Source: Guillardia theta CCMP2712
Taxonomy: Eukaryota; Protista; Cryptophyta
Reading direction: 5' to 3'
Length of the DNA: 64,000 nucleotides
NCBI RefSeq assembly: GCF_000315625.1
Contig: NW_005434662.1
Coordinates: forward strand, 464,307 to 528,306
Positions 62,107 to 64,000 of this stretch are shown here, piece by piece. Position numbers and translations under genes: made by a program. How positions within the stretch are numbered: position 1 is the first letter of the stretch; each line of letters begins with the position of its first letter. The notes beneath the pieces are model-generated. The model worked only from the letters and a program-made list of their open reading frames with translations. It searched no databases and was not told where the DNA came from.

Positions 62107-64000
62107 ATGAGCTTCCTCCGCTGCTTCTCGTGCAAGGTCGAGCCCGACGACAGCCATGACGGGTCGGGCTCGTCGCTCCAGCGAAGCTTGGAGGAGGCGA
62201 ACAAGACGATCTCACAGCTCCAGGCGGAGCTCCAGCAGGCCAAGGATCGTCTGGTCCACCACAAAGACATCAAGGAGAAGCTGCCAAGCATCTCAAGCCC
62301 TACTCTTAGAGTTTCAGACCATGAGGAGGAGACTCAAGCTCCAGCCTCGTCATGGCGCCTCCCGGACGAGATCCGATCTACCCTCCAAGAGCTTTTCCAC
62401 ATCTCCCACGACCCCCAGCGATCCAAGCTCCTCCACAACGACCTCCTCGTCTCTCTCGGCGTCGACGTCTCGGCCCTCATCCAGCACGCAAGCCCTGGCA
62501 AGCTCTCGTACGAGGACTACGAGGTCAGAGTCGCAAGGGAGTGGGAGCTCGCTCGCAAGGCCAGCAGCCTCGCTGACATGGACATGCTCCGCGTCATGGC
62601 GGAGTGCATCCCCGGTGGGAGCGTCGAGAGTCCTCTAGCGGGGCTACAGGGGATGACTGCGAGCGCTCTGTCGGCTCTATGGCAGACGGCGATAGCGGGG
62701 AAACTGAAGGAGGCGCTGGGGAGGCCGGGGGAGGCTCGAGGGCGGGAGGCAGGAGTCTGTTCGACCTTGCACAATAGCAAGTACTCTCTAAACGAGGCAG
62801 AGGCTACAGACAGCGAGGAGACGCGCGAAGCCGTGTACGGGAAGATCGAGGAGTACTACCGGGGGCTGATCGACCGGATTGGGCTGCCTCAGACAGGACT
62901 GATGAAGGCGATGGAGGAAGAGCACTGCCGGGGCGAGGACGCAGAGGAAGGGTTTACGACGAGCAACTACGGCATCAGGACGACAGCAAAGGAAGAGTGG
63001 CTGAACGTCACAGACCCGGAGAGGAGGCAGAGGCTGTCTGAAGGAAAGCGGATCATCCGAGGGATAGAGGAGCTGAGGGAGCATGCGATGACGATCAAGG
63101 CGGACCTGCGGGAGGAGGAGCTGATCGCGCTGCAGCTCTACACAGGTAAGCAGGAGAGAGCGAGGCAGGAAGTCTTTGTTGGATGAGACAGGTACCACAG
63201 GGCCGTTGTACTACAAGTATAACTCCATCCTCCGAGCCCCAGACCAGGTGGCCAACAAGTACACGACGACCCTGCACTGCATGGTCAGCGGACTGGTCAA
63301 GCTGGCTCGTCACACGCCTCTGACGGAGGATCGGCGAGTGTGGAGGGGGCTGAAGGGGCTGAAGCTGCCGAAGAGCTTCCTCGAGGAGGACAAGCTCGGA
63401 GTGTCGGGAGGGGTCGAGTACGGGCTGCTGAGCACGACGACAGACGTGGGGACGGCGATCCAGTACGCGGAGGAGGGTGCAGAGCCGATCGTGCTGGAGA
63501 TCAGCTGCGGGGCGATCGACCGGGGGGCGAGCTTGGCGTTCTTGTCTCAGTATCCCGGGGAGGAGGAGATCTTATATCCTCCGCTGTCTTACCTGGAGGT
63601 GCTGAAGAAGCCGCGTCAAGAGGTGATGGAGGGGAAGCGAGTGAAGGTGCTGCAGCTGAGAATCAACGCGAACGTGATGAGCTCGACGATCGAGGACATG
63701 CTGGGGAAGAGGAAGCAGCTGTATGCGGGGCTGATGGAGAACATCGCGAGGGAGGTAGAGCGAGACCTGAGGGAGTGGGAGCCGGAGATCCAGGAGCGAC
63801 TGAAGAGTGCAGTTGCTGATAGGTGTAACCGGCGTGATAGGGTGCTGTTGGAATCGATTAAGGAAGAATGCCGCACGCTTGTCGAGGCGAGTAGACGGAG
63901 GGAGGCAGAGTGGTACAACGAGGACTCGAGATACAAGGAGGCAATCGAGCTGTCCAACTCGATGAAGGACATGGCGATCAACAAGCTCAGACATTGGATC
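62107..64000 (+). CDS. Mono-ADP-ribosyltransferase (R-S-E clade) domain protein, runs off the window
   Basis: LIALQLYTG, intron at about 63146-63200, then PLYYKYNSILR; VWRG (R), GLLSTTTD (S-x-T), SQYPGEEEILYPP (ExE). Confidence 0.85.

Overview
Gene-dense eukaryotic nuclear DNA with many short (about 45-60 nt) GT-AG introns carrying CTGAC/CTAAT-like branch points, plus simple-sequence repeats. The style resembles a cryptophyte alga such as Guillardia theta; that is an inference, not an identification. About 17 protein-coding loci can be supported: UPF2, a Kv-type K+ channel, a coiled-coil membrane protein, a DUF1990-like protein, a Shewanella-like phosphatase, a giant mosaic protein, a Lys-rich membrane protein, a CBM20 protein, a cNMP-binding protein, an FHA protein, a SAM-prolyl 4-hydroxylase, a very large LRR protein, an EF-hand/ankyrin/WD40 protein, a C2H2 protein, a DUF6604-like gene, a decayed PLP decarboxylase and an ADP-ribosyltransferase. 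Three signals stand out. (1) A protein of about 2400 aa fuses Nup98-like FG repeats and a GLEBS motif to SPRY, beta-helix, DZIP3-like HEPN, pseudokinase and SAM domains; it is a candidate nuclear-pore decoy or antiviral RNase. (2) A 5.3-kb segment (56294-61617) bounded by 51-bp imperfect inverted repeats carries intronless cargo genes. (3) A ubiquitin-tail LRLRGG motif in the presequence of a starch-binding protein is followed by a lipidation-like cryptic N-terminus. No rRNA, tRNA or CRISPR array was found. All domain calls come from motif recognition by eye, and the ends of multi-exon genes are approximate.
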